NCBI GenBank assembly: GCA_964016885.1
Contig: OZ024741.1
Coordinates: forward strand, 123,876,001 to 123,940,000
DNA length: 64,000 nt
Direction of reading: 5' to 3'
Origin: Eledone cirrhosa
Taxonomy: Eukaryota
A model generated the notes under the pieces. It made no database searches. It worked only from the letters and a program-made list of their open reading frames with translations, and was not told where the DNA came from. Shown in pieces: positions 27,870 to 43,643 of the stretch (position 1 is the stretch's first letter; each line of letters opens with the position of its first letter). The translations under genes and the position numbers were made by a program.

Positions 27870-27946
<77 letters not shown>

Positions 27947-28039
27947 TAGATATATATGTATATATAGTTATTTATATATATATATACATATATGTGTGTG
28001 TTTGTTGAAAATTGCAAACTTGACTGTCATCACTGAATC

Positions 28040-28078
28040 TGAACCTGAAGATTGCGAAAGCATGAAAGTACTTGTTCA
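28040..28078 (+). ncRNA. 39-nt minimal type-I HHR, apparently intact
   Basis: TGAAC-CTGAAGA-T-TGC-gaaa-GCA-T-GAAA-GTAC-TT-GTTCA, with a 5-bp stem I and palindromic AAGTACTT. The host element runs to (TA)n at ~28235. Confidence 0.8.
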
Positions 28079-28237
28079 ATTAACATTTAACATTTAATAT
28101 TCTACCATAATATTTCATTATAATATCATTATAATTTTAAAGGATTGTAAATAAAACGAGTAAATGAGTTAATCGGACAAAGTTGGAATTCCTTTTATTA
28201 CTATAATCTTCTATATATAGTTATACACACCCGTGTA

Positions 28238-28284
<47 letters not shown>

Positions 28285-28429
28285 CCAAAGTGTAATATGG
28301 TTCATTGATTACTCAATGAATACAGTTTTACAATAGATTAAATGCACTCAACAGAGAGTTTTTTCTGGAGTTTTTTAATATTATTCAAAATATTAACAAA
28401 TGAAGATATTCACATTATCAAAATATATG

Positions 28430-28491
28430 CTTTAGTATATATATTTCGAAGGTATTGTGTTGTTATTTCAGTACGTCCTCGTCAGTTAAAA
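28430..28491 (-). ncRNA. Type-I HHR motif in a PLE-like end (~28283-28950, minus)
   Basis: Minus strand: TTTTAA-CTGACGA-GGA...TTC-GAAA-TATATA-TA-CTAAAG, with one stem I mismatch. Confidence 0.65.
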
Positions 28492-29169
28492 TATATGATT
28501 TGATATATGACATACCTCTACGGTCTTGATGTTTCAATTCCTGTATTGGCAGTGATTTATTTCGTCAAATCTCAACATTTATATACCACAAATAATAATA
28601 TGTTAAATTTAAAGAAGAAAAGGACGTGGAACGAATTAAAGATATAAGAAAGGGTGTAAAGAGGTGGAAGGCAAAAAAAATAAAATAAATACATACAAAA
28701 ATATTTAAATGAATAAAAATAAATAAATGGATGGATGAATAGAGGAAGAAGAAAGGAGAAATAACGGCAAAAGAGATGGAACATAAAATATAGGGTGATA
28801 GATAGAAAAAACCGTTGTTTTCAAATATTAGGTCAATTAAGGCAACCAATCAATTACCATAAACCATTGAATATCTCTTTTATTTGATTATAGTTAAGCT
28901 AATTATACTTATATATTATATCAATTATACTTATATATTATATCAATTATACTTATATATTATATAATATGCGTCTGCAAGCGCGAGTTCGATTCCCGGC
29001 ATTAAAATGTGTCCTTACCCAACATATTTTTTTCACGTTGACCTAGTCCACAAAGCTGGAAAATATGAGTTGTACCTGTAATTCAAAAGAGCTAGCCATG
29101 GCACACACTGCCTCACACTGGATCTTCCTGAGAAATGCGTTAGAATTTTCAACCACTGACAATATTTTT

Positions 29170-29580
29170 ATTTCTACTTTTGGCTCAAGCCCAGAATTAT
29201 CCCAGTGAATTACTGGAGCTTTGTTTTATCGACCCCGTAAGGTTGAAAGGCAAAGTTAACCTTGCCAGGATTTGAACTCAGACCGTAAATGGGGTAACTC
29301 TATGGTACAAAGCATGGCGTACGACACTCTACCGGTACTGCCAATTAACCGCCCTGACAATATAATTGTTTCTACTTTTGGCACAAGGCCAGAAATTTCC
29401 TCAGTGTATTACTGGTACTTTATTTTATCGACCCCGTAAGGATAAAAGGCAAAGTTAACCTCAGCGGGATTTGAACTCAGACCATAAAAGGCCGTACCTC
29501 TTTGCTGCAAAACATGGTGGAAGCCTGGCGTACGACCCTCTACCGATACTACCCCCATAAGGATGAAAGGCAAAGTTAAA
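29170..29580 (-). mobile_element. Head-to-tail SINE family A copies nested within a family B SINE (~28970-29760)
   Basis: ttttatcgaccccgtaagg...aaggcaaagttaacc...gatttgaactcag occurs twice in full plus one partial copy. Confidence 0.75.
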
Positions 29581-30566
29581 TAGTACCACTAATTCAATAT
29601 GCCAATCTCATAACATACTGGATCACAGTGAATCTTCCTGTAAACGACATTAAAGATACGTATCTGTGGAATGTTCAGCAACATCCACGTGAACTTCATG
29701 AGCAGGCTATTCCGTTGATCGAACAACACTCATCGTCAACACCGACAGCGATCCATTCGATTAACTAGCTAGATGTCACCACCATTTGACTGACAGTTGG
29801 ATATATCCTAGCTACCTTGGAGAAAAATGATATATATTGTATTTTCTCTTGTGTATTATGTCAAGTATTCAAGATTCTTAATATTTAATTTTTATTTTGG
29901 TTTACATTTTGTGCCTGATGATGATGAATATTTATTTATTTAATTAAGATAAAAGTTCATATAGACCCGGTAAACCATAGAATAGAAAAGGTATCCAATA
30001 CTCATATGTAACTGGTTAACAATGGAACACAAGCAGAGGTTTCTAATACAGCTTGCATAGAGCTAGTATGTCATGACAGACTAGCAGAGGTATCAATGCC
30101 TTTTATAATTAAGAAGTAAAAACAAGAGGCAGGGAAAGAAAAACGAAATGAAAAGGAAAAGATTGGGCGAATCAAGCAAAATAAGAAAATAGGTAAAAAA
30201 GCAAGGCCAGCTATAAAGCAGCTAAATGATTCTCTTATTGAATCTTTCCGTAGCTCCCCCGTTCTGGAAAGTGTATGGGGGGGATAACCTTCTCAGTATA
30301 CTGCGACTCCAATCCTGGTAGTTTTTAAAGACCAGCTTTGTTTCGTTTTAAACATTAAACACAAAACAACAAATATTCAACTTCTCTGCTTTTACACATT
30401 TTCTAGTTTCAGTCATTAGACTATGGCAATGTTGGCCCACCGCCCTGATTTAGTCGATCTTATCAAAAACGTACTTGTATTTTTTAAAATCTGGTAGTAA
30501 TTTTATCCATAGTCTTTCTCTCTAAAAGCTCAATTACTGAACATATTTACACAGAGACCTGGATGG

Positions 30567-30625
<59 letters not shown>

Positions 30626-30681
30626 CACACAACCCCCCACCCCACACACACACACACATATATATATAAATACATACATAC

Positions 30682-30769
<88 letters not shown>

Positions 30770-31383
30770 GGGCTTCATCAATTAAGTCTACCAAATTCAA
30801 CTCATAAAGTTAAGAAGACGCTGTAGGAGAATACAATTGACCAAACTGCTGCACAGTAGGGCTGAACGCAGTACCTTATGTGTGTAAAGCCATGCTGTTA
30901 AGTTGTGTTTTTTTGTGTTAGTTGTTGTCGTTCATATTTCACATCAAGTACCACCACCACCACTGCTACTACAACTACTCACTCTTTTGATCCGGTGGAA
31001 TATCTAGGAAACGTGATAATGCGATAGCTGGAAGGAAAGAGTCTTATACCAAAACTGGACTAGTAATTTCTTTATGGACCCCCCAAATGATGAAAGGCAA
31101 CGTGAACCTCGACGGGACTATAATTCAGGATTCAGAGACGAGGACCAGCACTATTCAACGCCCAAATGAGAGCCAACCAATGTTCTTACATCTGGTTATA
31201 TCGACACAAATGAACCAATATTGAAAGTTCTTAACTCTTGTAGAGGAATCCTTTCTTGAAAGTACTATGTTATGTGTATCTATATATAAACATACACACA
31301 CACATATATGTGTGTATATATATAAGGAAAAAAGATGAAATCGAAAATGCAACTGGAGTCTTTTTTTTAAATATTTATTTGGT

Positions 31384-31421
31384 TCCTTTACCGGTTTCGC
31401 AGTTCTTGTGCTTTTCAAAAG
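31384..31421 (-). ncRNA. Decayed HHR motif
   Basis: Minus strand: CTTT-TGAAAA-GCA..TGC-GAAAC-CG-GTA-AAGG..AATAAA, with a mutated core. The element ends at TA near 31320. Confidence 0.45.
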
Positions 31422-31867
31422 TATAATTGAGATGGAGGGATTATGGTTTTTCTCGCATCTGTTTGGTGTTCGAATATTACTTCTGTTTTATATGGAAAAT
31501 GTGGCTGGAAATGCTAGGTTTTTAGAGAAGTAATTTGGTTGGTTGATGACTGTCATATGAATAAGTATAATAAATTTCGCACCAGTTCGCGTTACAAAGT
31601 GCTTATTATATTTGCCTTTCATAAAAAAAAGGGGGGGGGGGGAGTGCTCAGATTGTTTTTTCATATGTGAGTGAAATTTAGTTGGTTGATGCAGTCACGT
31701 GAAAAAAGAGTGGCTCAAGAAGGTTTTTTTATATAAAGGTAATTTGATTGTTGTTATTCCTCCGAGGAAGGAATACCAACACATCCAGGAGCTGGACATA
31801 TCGATGTATTGACGGAGTAAAACACACTTCAACAACATGTGTACCTGTCTTTTCCACACCAATTCGG

Positions 31868-31922
31868 ACTGCCTGAAGAGGGCACAGCCAATGATGGCTG
31901 TCACCGAAATATATATAGCAGT
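31868..31922 (+). ncRNA. Type-I hammerhead ribozyme, apparently intact
   Basis: ACTGC-CTGAAGA-GG-gcACAGCCA-atga-TGGCTGTca-CC-GAAA-TATATA-TA-GCAGT. Predicted cleavage after 31917, with AATAAA ~15 nt downstream. Confidence 0.88.
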
Positions 31923-31969
31923 AATTTTTAATTTATAATAAAGGAAGCCAAATTTTACATATTTTACAT

Positions 31970-32262
31970 ATGTCCTGCGTCTCCAACAGACCAGCGTCTG
32001 TCCTTAGGGCATCAACATATGTCAACCTCTGCCTCCCTCTTCTAGTGTGTCCATGCAGGGGCTCCCACAGGAGCACTGAGTGCAATGTCAACTCCGGATG
32101 TTGGTGTGCATGTCCAGCTAACCTCAGTCTCCTCTGTGCTACTTTTGAGCTGACTTTTGGGAGGGTCCCGTACAGCTCTGAGTTCTTGGTCATTAGTGTA
32201 TACTGATTAATGTTCAGAGACATCCTCAGCATTCTCGTATAGCAGCCATCCACCATCTGACA
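31970..32262 (-). mobile_element. RTE-like LINE 3' fragment (same family as 19760-20176, not inverted)
   Basis: QMVDGCYTRMLRMSLN...RLRLAGHAHQHPELTLHSVLLWEPLHGHTRRGRQRLTYVDAL. Confidence 0.85.
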
Positions 32263-32324
32263 TGTATATATATATACACACAAACATATATATTGCTTTA
32301 CAGACAATGTATAATTGTTATGTA

Positions 32325-32400
<76 letters not shown>

Positions 32401-32403
<3 letters not shown>

Positions 32404-33317
32404 CAGGAAAGAAGGTTTACATGGTTTGCTATACAAAAAAGTTTTTATTCACATAGCTTACATTTGTTTCACTGAACTGATCTGTCTAGAGATCGCTATC
32501 CGCTTAATTTTGGGTCATTCGATCGCCAATACAGAAATATAACCAGTCACATCTTCGGAGCATGCGAGAATGAAGAAAATACACAGGCAAGAAAAGAAAA
32601 GAAAATATGGAGTAGTTATGGCATTCAATTAGAACAATAACAACAACAATTATTACAACAATGCTATCAATAAACTATTTAAGGAGACCCTGACATTACT
32701 TAGGTGGGGGGTATATAATGTATCTAATGTTACGGCGTGAAAGTCAGCTGTCATAAGGCAAAAAGTATCGTAGTGTGTATCAATTTTAAATTATAAAGAT
32801 AAGCTAGTTTTTACAGTCTTTCTCTTCATCCTCAACAGTATACATGAGTGGGACCACTGTCAAAGCTCAATAGTTGTAGAGTTAATACAGAGGTTAACGA
32901 ATCAATATACGCATATATCTACGCACATAACTACTCCATATTTTCTTTTCTTTTCTTGCCTGTGTATTTTCTTCATTCTCGCATGCTCCGAAGATCTGAC
33001 TGGTTATAATTCTGTATTGGCGATCGAATGACCCAAAATTAAGCGGATAGCGATCTCTAGACAGACCAGTTCAGTGAAACAAATGTAAGCTATGTGAATA
33101 AAAACTTTTTTGTATAGCAAACCATGTAAACCTTCTTTCCTGATTTATTATTACTCCAAGTGTTTACAACATAGGAATTACAGCATACCCGCAGCATCAC
33201 TATGAAAACGCCTTGTTGAGTCAAACCAAGCCAAGCGTTAATATCATCCACTACCTGGAATACCATAACTGGACTTCACCTAAGTGGACTGCATTTAACT
33301 TTTATTTGTTAATCCGT
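32401..33317. mobile_element. Fold-back HHR element: ~220-bp arms 32401-32620 / 32926-33145, tail to 33317, (TA)n both sides
   Basis: The arms are nearly identical. Motif GCT-CCGAAGA-T-CTGACTGGT-(~60 nt)-ACCAGTTCAG-T-GAAAC-AAAT-GTA-AGC at 32985-33090, followed by AATAAA. Confidence 0.8.
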
Positions 33318-33332
33318 ATATATATATATATA

Positions 33333-34225
<893 letters not shown>

Positions 34226-34454
34226 TTGTTTTACAGACGATATATAATTGTGTTGCTGTTATTGCGAGTCGATGTTGTTGTTACGCATCAAACAATATGA
34301 AAAAACAGAGTTGATACTAATCACAAAACCCAAAATAAATTAGATACCTGTCAGCCAAAATAAATAGATAAATGTAAATGAAGAGAAATTAAGAGATAGA
34401 TATTCAGAGAGAGAGAATAACGTGCTCGGCAGATTTGTGCAGCAGAAAGAGAAT

Positions 34455-34533
<79 letters not shown>

Positions 34534-34633
34534 AGAGAGAGAGATAGAGGGAGGGGAGTGAGAGAGAGAGATGTAGTAAAGTTGGTTTGATGAAACTTGT
34601 ATTTTTCAGGCTTGACGTTTAAACTAGTTTGGC

Positions 34634-34736
<103 letters not shown>

Positions 34737-34802
34737 TTTATATACACGCAGTTGTGCAAATACAAATATTTAGAATATTTCATCTATGTATGTGTGTGTG
34801 TC

Positions 34803-34869
<67 letters not shown>

Positions 34870-35419
34870 GTATGGGCGTGTAAGAATAGTGTATGCCTAT
34901 GTATATGTGTGTGTTAAATTATTTTTACTTCAAAATCCGAACCTAATTACCATTTTTGGTAGATGTTTTTTTGTCGTTCCATCATTATATGATGTAATGG
35001 AAGAGAGATAAAAAAAAACATCCTTGCATGAATTCCATCTTTTTATGCCTGTTTTAGGCTAAAGTTAACATACTATAGCTACAGGGTTAAGATGCTTGCT
35101 GAAAAATCACAAACTACATAGTTCTATACACGTGCAATTTACTAAAGCGTAATGTGAAGCGAAATTGGTTAGACGGAAACGACTTAGAAACCCGTCGGAT
35201 AAAATGTGCTGGTAATTCAAAGAGTAGAGCTTTATCACATATTGTATCAAGCGGAATATGGCTGAGAATTACCTTAAAATAAAACCTGCCTCTGGAATAC
35301 TAAGTTATTTATAAGATGGACTCTAATAGTAACCCAAAAGTTCCAGATATCTCACGATCATGCTGAACCTTCCTGAGAATTACGATAAATATCGAATGCT
35401 CATTTCATTACTCTATAAT

Positions 35420-35790
35420 GGTTTCTGATTTTGGCAAAAGGCCAGCAATTTTGGGGGAGGGAAAAGTCGATTAAATCGACCACACTGCGTGATTGGTACT
35501 TTATTTTATGGATCCCGTAAAGATGAAAGGAAAAGCAAACCTCGGCGGGATTTGACCCCAGAATGTAAAGGACCGTAACTATATGCTGCGCTGCAAAGCC
35601 TGTTGTCCGATAATCTACAGATACTGCCAATTTACTATAACGATTTCTACTATAGGCACAAGGCCAGTCATTTTGGGGGAAGGGAAAATCGTTTAAATAG
35701 ACACCAGTGCATTCCTGGTGCTTTATTTTACCGACTCCATAAGGATGAAAGGCAAAGCTAACCTCGGTGAGATTTGAACTCAGATTGTCA
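35420..35790 (-). mobile_element. Tandem SINE family A copies
   Basis: ggccagcaattttggggga...gatgaaagg...cctcgg..gattt occurs twice. Confidence 0.7.
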
Positions 35791-37575
35791 ATCTACTATA
35801 ATACAAGATAGACAGTACATAAAATTCAAATTGCCAGTTTTGTCACATAGTGTGTCAGCAGGGATCTCCCTGATTAATGCTACGCGTCTCAGTTAAAAGA
35901 TCCGCCAGCTGACTACCATGAACAGGCTGTTAAATAACTGGAAGAATTATCGTCGAAACCAATGTTGGAACAATCTAATTTCATTCTATTTTAACCATAA
36001 GAAATGTTAGGTTTTGAAAAACTATTTATTCAAATCCGTAGCTTTCGGAAATATAAGTGCCTAAATATACATTATTTCATAGAATAATTTTTCGTTCGTG
36101 TGATGTTACTGGTGTTGTGATCACGATTGGAAGGTAAAATATTTCGTTCCCAGAACAGACGGCACGTTGTATGCTTAAGCAAACAATGTGCTCTATCAGC
36201 AGATACGAGTTACCTTCCAAAGAATTGAAGAGGTAACATTCAACTCACAGTGGTTTAAAACACCGGTTACCCTATTGCAAATGATGTCCGTTAACTAGAA
36301 ATGTCGAACCATTTGGAAAATGATAAAAAAATTTGCAAAGATTTACTAATATAACTAGCATTCTAATGATAACTTTGGTGCTTGCAACGTAAAATGTCTT
36401 ACATAAAATAATGTTTTTAGATAAATATAAATCCTTTAACATATTTGGTATTGAAAAACATGTATATATCCACACACGTATGTATACATATCTAGCCAAG
36501 CATATACCTCTATTTACCTATTCCCTATGTGCTTATTATATTCCATTCAGACATTTTGTCGCACTCTCTCCCCATTTTTCTCTTTCTCACTTACTCTGTG
36601 TACCTACAGTCATAGATCGTACATAGCAATCATGAGTTCATAGATGAATTGAGAAATATCTCCCGATACCTTGTATTAGTATATTAATGAGTGTGTGGGT
36701 GGATTTGATTTTGTGTTTGTATATGTGTATGTGTGGGTGTGTATACAAGAATGTGTATAGGTGTGTATGTGAGCATGGAGAGGAATTAGAACTTCTTGCA
36801 TCGACACCGACATGCTTTCACACTATAAACTTGTATAATCTCATCACACTTCCATCTTCACCTCGTACATAAAAATATTGTTTTCTATAAATCCCACATG
36901 CACATCTAAAAATATTCGTTAATTAGTGATTGCCATTGAGCACATAGAAATTCCAAAGTTGCCAAGTCAAAAAAGCGTCGTGGAAACAAAACACCACAAA
37001 TGTGTTATTAGTATGAAGCTTTTATAATATATATATATATATATATATTACACACACACACACACCCAACCACACACACACACACACACACACATTAACA
37101 CAACACACTCGCTCTCTCTCGTACACACACCCATACACACACACGCACACACGCACACACACACACATATATTTATATATATATATATATATGGGGGGGG
37201 GGGTAGAGAGAGAGAGATATGCATATTTCCATTTGTGTGTCTACTACGTTTAAACTCGCATTATAACAATACAACCAATCATCTTATTAAGATGTTTGAA
37301 AGCAGCTGCACATGTCGTCCCCGTATGAAAAATGACACCTGCATAGGATCAAAAGATCAATGCTGCAAAACAGCATTATGTAGTATCCACGAACCCAGAA
37401 GAAACAAAACATAACATGCAGAGCCAAGGACATATATATGTAATATAGTTTTTCAATTTCCACATATTATTTGCTTGTCTGGACATTGAGTTGATCGAAG
37501 CCAGTCGTTGAAACTCACAGAATTACATGCTTAAACACTATATCTCACATACTCATTCACACATGTATATACATT

Positions 37576-37648
<73 letters not shown>

Positions 37649-38644
37649 TTAGTTGTGTGTGTGTTTTGTGAGACATTTCGGTGATTAGAAAATAACTATA
37701 AGCAGTTCTAGACACATTTTATATAATATTTTCGGTGATGTCAAAATGTTCTTCATAACACCACGGCTTTGTCTCGACAAACAAATCCACTTCATCTCTT
37801 TAAAACTTAGTTATTTGGTGAGCTTTTATAGGTCTTCGCTGAGTTTACAGATATATCATCGTTCTATTGCCGTCTCACCTATTGACATCTGTCGCCGTTA
37901 GCTTTACCTGTGATCCATACTTCTCTATTACTTATCTTGTGAATATTGTCATTCAAACTATTTTCTCGCTCATAGAATCTTTCCTTTCTCCGTTTCAATT
38001 TATCTTCTCTTCGCCAATAATGGCTACTTTAGAAAGTAAGCAGACTCTGTATTCACTATTTATTCATTCGTTTATTCTTTTACTGGCTTTAGTCATTGGA
38101 TAGCAGTCATTTATGGGCATCATCTTAAAACTATACTTCGTTTTCCAAGTTTTGTACTTATTTTAGTTATCTTTTTCACGAACAACTTACTGATGAGACA
38201 GAAACACAGACACGGATACATCCAGGCATGAGTGTGTGTTTCTGTATGTACGTGTGGTTTTGTGAATGTGTGTGTTAATACAGGAGAGGCTCTAAGCGAG
38301 CTGCACGAAAATGCACAATTTGTGAAATGTAACAAGTAATCAATGGTCGTACAGCATTCCAAATATTTTTTCATAAGTCACCATCGAATTCATAAGACCG
38401 GACAATGTCGACAGCTGTAATTTCACGAATAAGTGACGTAAAATGCAATGTGTGTGTGAAGATCTGCAAGTTGATTGGTGGATTACAATCCCAGTGTTAT
38501 ACTCAAGAATACATTTATGTATGTTGACGTGCACATATGCAACTTTGTTTATAAGGTTCCACAATAGGCATATAAGATCTGTCAAACTTAAAGAACGCTC
38601 AAGTGTCGAAACCACGAATCACTTTAACAATTGTTTCTGATTTT

Positions 38645-39110
38645 AACATATTGTCTGACGCTCTACCAACGGTGCCAATCTACTGCCATTGATATACTTT
38701 AATAATGGTTTCTTATATAGGCACAAGGCCAGCAATTTTGGGGGAGGGGAAAGTCGATTGAATCGACCCAGTGCATTACTGATGCGTTATTTTAGCGACC
38801 CCGTAAGGCAGAAATTCAAGCTAATCTCGGTGGGATTTGAACTCAGAACGTAAAGAGCCGTAACGATTATTCCAATCCACCGCCCTTTTGATACACTTAA
38901 TAATGGTTTCGTATTTAGGCACAAGGCCAATTCGATGAGATCGACTCCAGTACGTTACTGGTGCTTTATTTTATCGACCCCGTAAGGATGAAAGGCAAAG
39001 TTAACCTCAGCCGGATTTGAACTCCGACCGTACAGGGCAGTAACTCTATGCTGCAAACCATGGTGTCCGACCCTCTACCGATACTGTCAATCCTCAGCAT
39101 TTGATACACT
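38645..39110 (-). mobile_element. Tandem SINE family A copies
   Basis: Two near-complete copies plus a partial head, with the same motifs as other family A copies. Confidence 0.75.
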
Positions 39111-39939
39111 TAATAATAAATAAGATTTCTAGTCAAAGAAGTTTACCACCATCAAGCGGTGGTGCTTGGTGTTTAAATTTGCTGCATGTTTATATCCAGT
39201 AGCTTAAAGTTTCGACATAAAATTCGATGAAATATGTACTAGTACTATGGTCGATATGACAGAATAAACCCCATAAGATATACATATTCAACACTTATAA
39301 GAACCCGTACCACGCAGCGTATATCTCCAAAGTATCAGGATACGATTATATTGAGTAGTCATTCACACATCAACAATAATAAACATCTATGTATATACAC
39401 GATATATATTTCATATATTGCATTATTGTATAGGTGTATTTGTGTGTGTGTGTGTGTGTGTTCTACTTTCCTCCCTCTCTACTTCTTTCAGCTAGTCAGA
39501 CTAATTCGACTCATCGTATCTAAACACTTATATATTATATAAACACACTTATGCAGAGAAATCTTGCAATACACTCACACGTAAACACACCTATTCCCAT
39601 CCCCATCCTTCATTTCTCTCTGAATAACTCCAATATACATAACGACACTATGTCAAGACAAACAAATTAACAATCACTTGATCCTCTCTAGACAATCACT
39701 TAATGCTGTTAACAATCACTTAGCGCAGCTTTTTGTAAATGTAACGAATCGTTTATGTTTATATACTCAGATACATACAAATACCAATACATACAAATAT
39801 AAATACATACAAATATAAAGGCAATTACGTATATGCATACTTAGACAACTCTATCACATAAACAAGCATGCATATGCACACATACTTGTGGGTGAGGATG
39901 TATGTATGTTTACAATTATGTATGCATAGGTTTGAATGT

Positions 39940-40150
39940 AGCTGGCACAGCGTCGGTTACGACGACGAGTGTTCCAGTTGATGCAATCAAAAGAACAGTC
40001 TAGTGATGAAATTAACTTGTATGTGGCTGAGCCCTCCACAGACATGCGTGCCCTTGACGTAGTTCTCAGGGAGATTCAGTGTGACACAAAATATGACAAG
40101 GCTGGCGATTCGAATCACAGGTTCAACTCACTTTTGCCAGCTGAGTGGAG
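39940..40150 (-). mobile_element. SINE family B
   Basis: Minus strand: ccactcagctggcaaaagtgagttg...ctgaatctccctgagaactacg...caactggaacactcgtcgtcgtaaccgacg. Confidence 0.65.
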
Positions 40151-40187
40151 AGGAGCAGCGTCAAATATAAACCAATGTGTATATATA

Positions 40188-40256
<69 letters not shown>

Positions 40257-40407
40257 AGATCACGTTAAGGGTGAAAGCAGCGATTCTTTGCTTAAATTTT
40301 AATCTGTTATTTTAATAAATATTTGCTTTAGGGTTCTTATATATTTGATATAAATATTTATCCTTATCGAGCCCTCTTTGGATTTTAGTCTTCAATTTTT
40401 TTATTAT

Positions 40408-41576
<1,169 letters not shown>

Positions 41577-41613
41577 GCGTGTATGTGTGTGCGTGCGTGC
41601 GTTTCAAGCATTT

Positions 41614-41806
41614 CAAGGGTTTTCAAAATGTCTCTGCGCAGGGAGTATTTTATTTCCAAATTAAAAAAAATAATATAAAACGAAATGCGAAATAAAGCAA
41701 AAATGCTCATGATAGACACACGGCTGAACTCAGCTTACAAATAACAAAGTTACGCATGTGTAGTATGAAAAATACTCACTGGGGAGAGTCATTTTGAACA
41801 CCCTGT
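41614..41806. mobile_element. Tc1/mariner-type MITE
   Basis: ~38-bp imperfect TIRs caagggttttcaaaatgtctctgcgcagggagtatttt / aaaatactcactggggagagtcattttgaacaccctg, followed by TA. Confidence 0.6.
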
Positions 41807-41824
41807 ATATATATATATATATAT

Positions 41825-42000
41825 AGGAACGAGTAGGACCCCGACGGCTGAGCTCAAGCCGTTTCGACGGAATTAGCCGTAGAAACGGCTTCAGCTCAGC
41901 CGTCGGGTCCTATTCGTTCCTATTACCCACTCTACTACCCTAAGTATTGAGTACTTTGGTGCGTTATGGTCCACCTGGTTCCTTACCACATTTCCTTCGT

Positions 42001-42001
<1 letters not shown>
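41825..42001. mobile_element. Fold-back PLE end, family 'GAAACGGC'
   Basis: Arms surround the centre cgacgg-aattag-ccgtag (~41865-41882), with (TA)n on both sides. Confidence 0.75.
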
Positions 42002-42027
<26 letters not shown>

Positions 42028-42031
<4 letters not shown>

Positions 42032-42975
42032 AAAAATTGAACAGGGACAGAACAGAGAGGCAGTACGACAAATGTTTATTAGCTTCACGCTCAGGAGAGT
42101 GGGGGGTAAGTGGAGGACGACGTTTCGGGCATAAGCCCTTCTTCGGGTAAGAGTTCAAAAGGTGTGTAGGGGAGTGGTGGAGAGACATATAGCGAAAGGA
42201 AACGGTGCGAATGAAAAATTAACAAATAAAGACAAAATTATAATAAATAATAAATAAAAATAAAGCATGATCAAAATACAAGGAATGAGAACATTTAAAA
42301 ATAAAGGCATGATCAAAATAAACTGAAATTAAAAGGGGGGTAAACAGGTGGTGGAAGGGTGTGGGGTGAGTAGAGGTGGAGGCGGGTGGAGTGGGGAGAG
42401 GGAGACGGGGTGTCCGAGCGGGGAGGGCTGAAGGCGGTGTGTGTGGTTAGGTGTGCGTGTGTGTGTATGTGAAAGTGAGGGTTGGGGGAAGAACGGGGTT
42501 GCATGTTCAGGAAGGTGTGTGTGGGGGGTGTTTTTGTGTGTCGGAGGGTCTGTGCGTGTGTGGATAGGGGGTGGGGGGAGAGGAATCAAGGGGCTGAGGG
42601 TGTAAATATGTGGTGGGAAGCACGTGTGTGTGGTTTAAGCGTGTTGTGGGTGGGTGTGGGTGGCGTGTGGATAAACAAATTTGTTTTGGGATGTGTGTGT
42701 GGGTGAGTTATATAGGTGATGGTGTTAGAGGATGGTTGAAAAGTGGTAAGTTACACGGATGTATGGAGATTTTGGTTGGAAGTCAAAACGCGTGTGGGTA
42801 ATCCAAGAAGCGGTGGTCGGAAGAGGAGAGATGTGGGGTGCGCGCGCAACAGGAAGTGGTCAGCAGTGGAAGTGCTGTGGTCAGTGGGTGCTGAGACAGT
42901 GGTCGGAAGGGCATAGCAGCAGTCAGCGGAATGGTAGGGAGGCGAGGATGGGCAGGTGTGAGAGTTGGAGTGAGG

Positions 42976-43026
<51 letters not shown>

Positions 43027-43643
43027 TAGTAGGGGTGTTAGTGGGATGAGTGAGTGTGGAGTGGGGAGAGAAGGGGGTGTGTGGTTCTATGGAGGGAGTG
43101 TGGTGTACTGGTGTGTGTGAGGTTTGGTGAGGAGGTGTTAGTGGGTGTTAGTAGACGGGAGGTGGGGAGGGGTGGAATGCAGGTGTGAGTGGGGGTTAGT
43201 GGTGGTAGGGTGTGTAGAGTTGGTGGTGTACGAGGGTGTGTGGGTACGTGTGCGTGGGGTTGGAGGGTGTTAGTGATGTTAGTTGCGTGTGGGGTGGGTG
43301 GTGTAAGTGTGTGCGTGTGATAAGGAGGGGGGAGGAGGAGAAGAGGGGAGGGAAGGGATGTTAGTATGTTAGTTGGGGAAGGGTGGTTAGATGAGGGGTG
43401 TAGTGGGGGTGTTAGTATTGTTAGTGTGGGGTGGGCGGTGAAAAGGAGGGGTGTGTTAGTGGTGTTAGTGGGGGATAAGTGGGGGAGGGGGGCGGTCGAA
43501 CGCTAAAGGAATAAGGGTGGGGAGTTCAGGCCGGGTGGGGTGTGGGTCTGTAAGATGAAGATAGTACGTTGTTCGACCGTGAGGCGATGGGCGGGTGTTC
43601 CGTGGCACTGGAGTAGGCCACAGACTGTGAGATGGTGTGCGGA
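42028..43643 (-). mobile_element. 5'-truncated PLE: GIY-YIG C-terminus, ~1.3-kb C/A-rich 3' region and HHR-like motif, between (TA)n tracts
   Basis: Manual minus translation of 43643-43503 gives SAHHLTVCGLLQCHGTPAHRLTVEQRTIFILQTHTPPGLNSPPLFL*, resembling PLE 'GLLQC...R..EQ..IF.L....P.GLN'. Motif CCGAAGA-A-GGGC-ttat-GCCC-GAAACGTC at 42117-42148. Confidence 0.8.

Noticed and set aside
29916-29976. CTGATGA...CCGGTA HHR-like relic (similar weak hits at ~10121, ~40252 and ~45140-45200)
   Set aside because: Core or stems are too degraded to call.
42960-43480. Interstitial telomere array
   Set aside because: It has only scattered TTAG motifs, not tandem TTAGGG, and is explained as a PLE 3' region.
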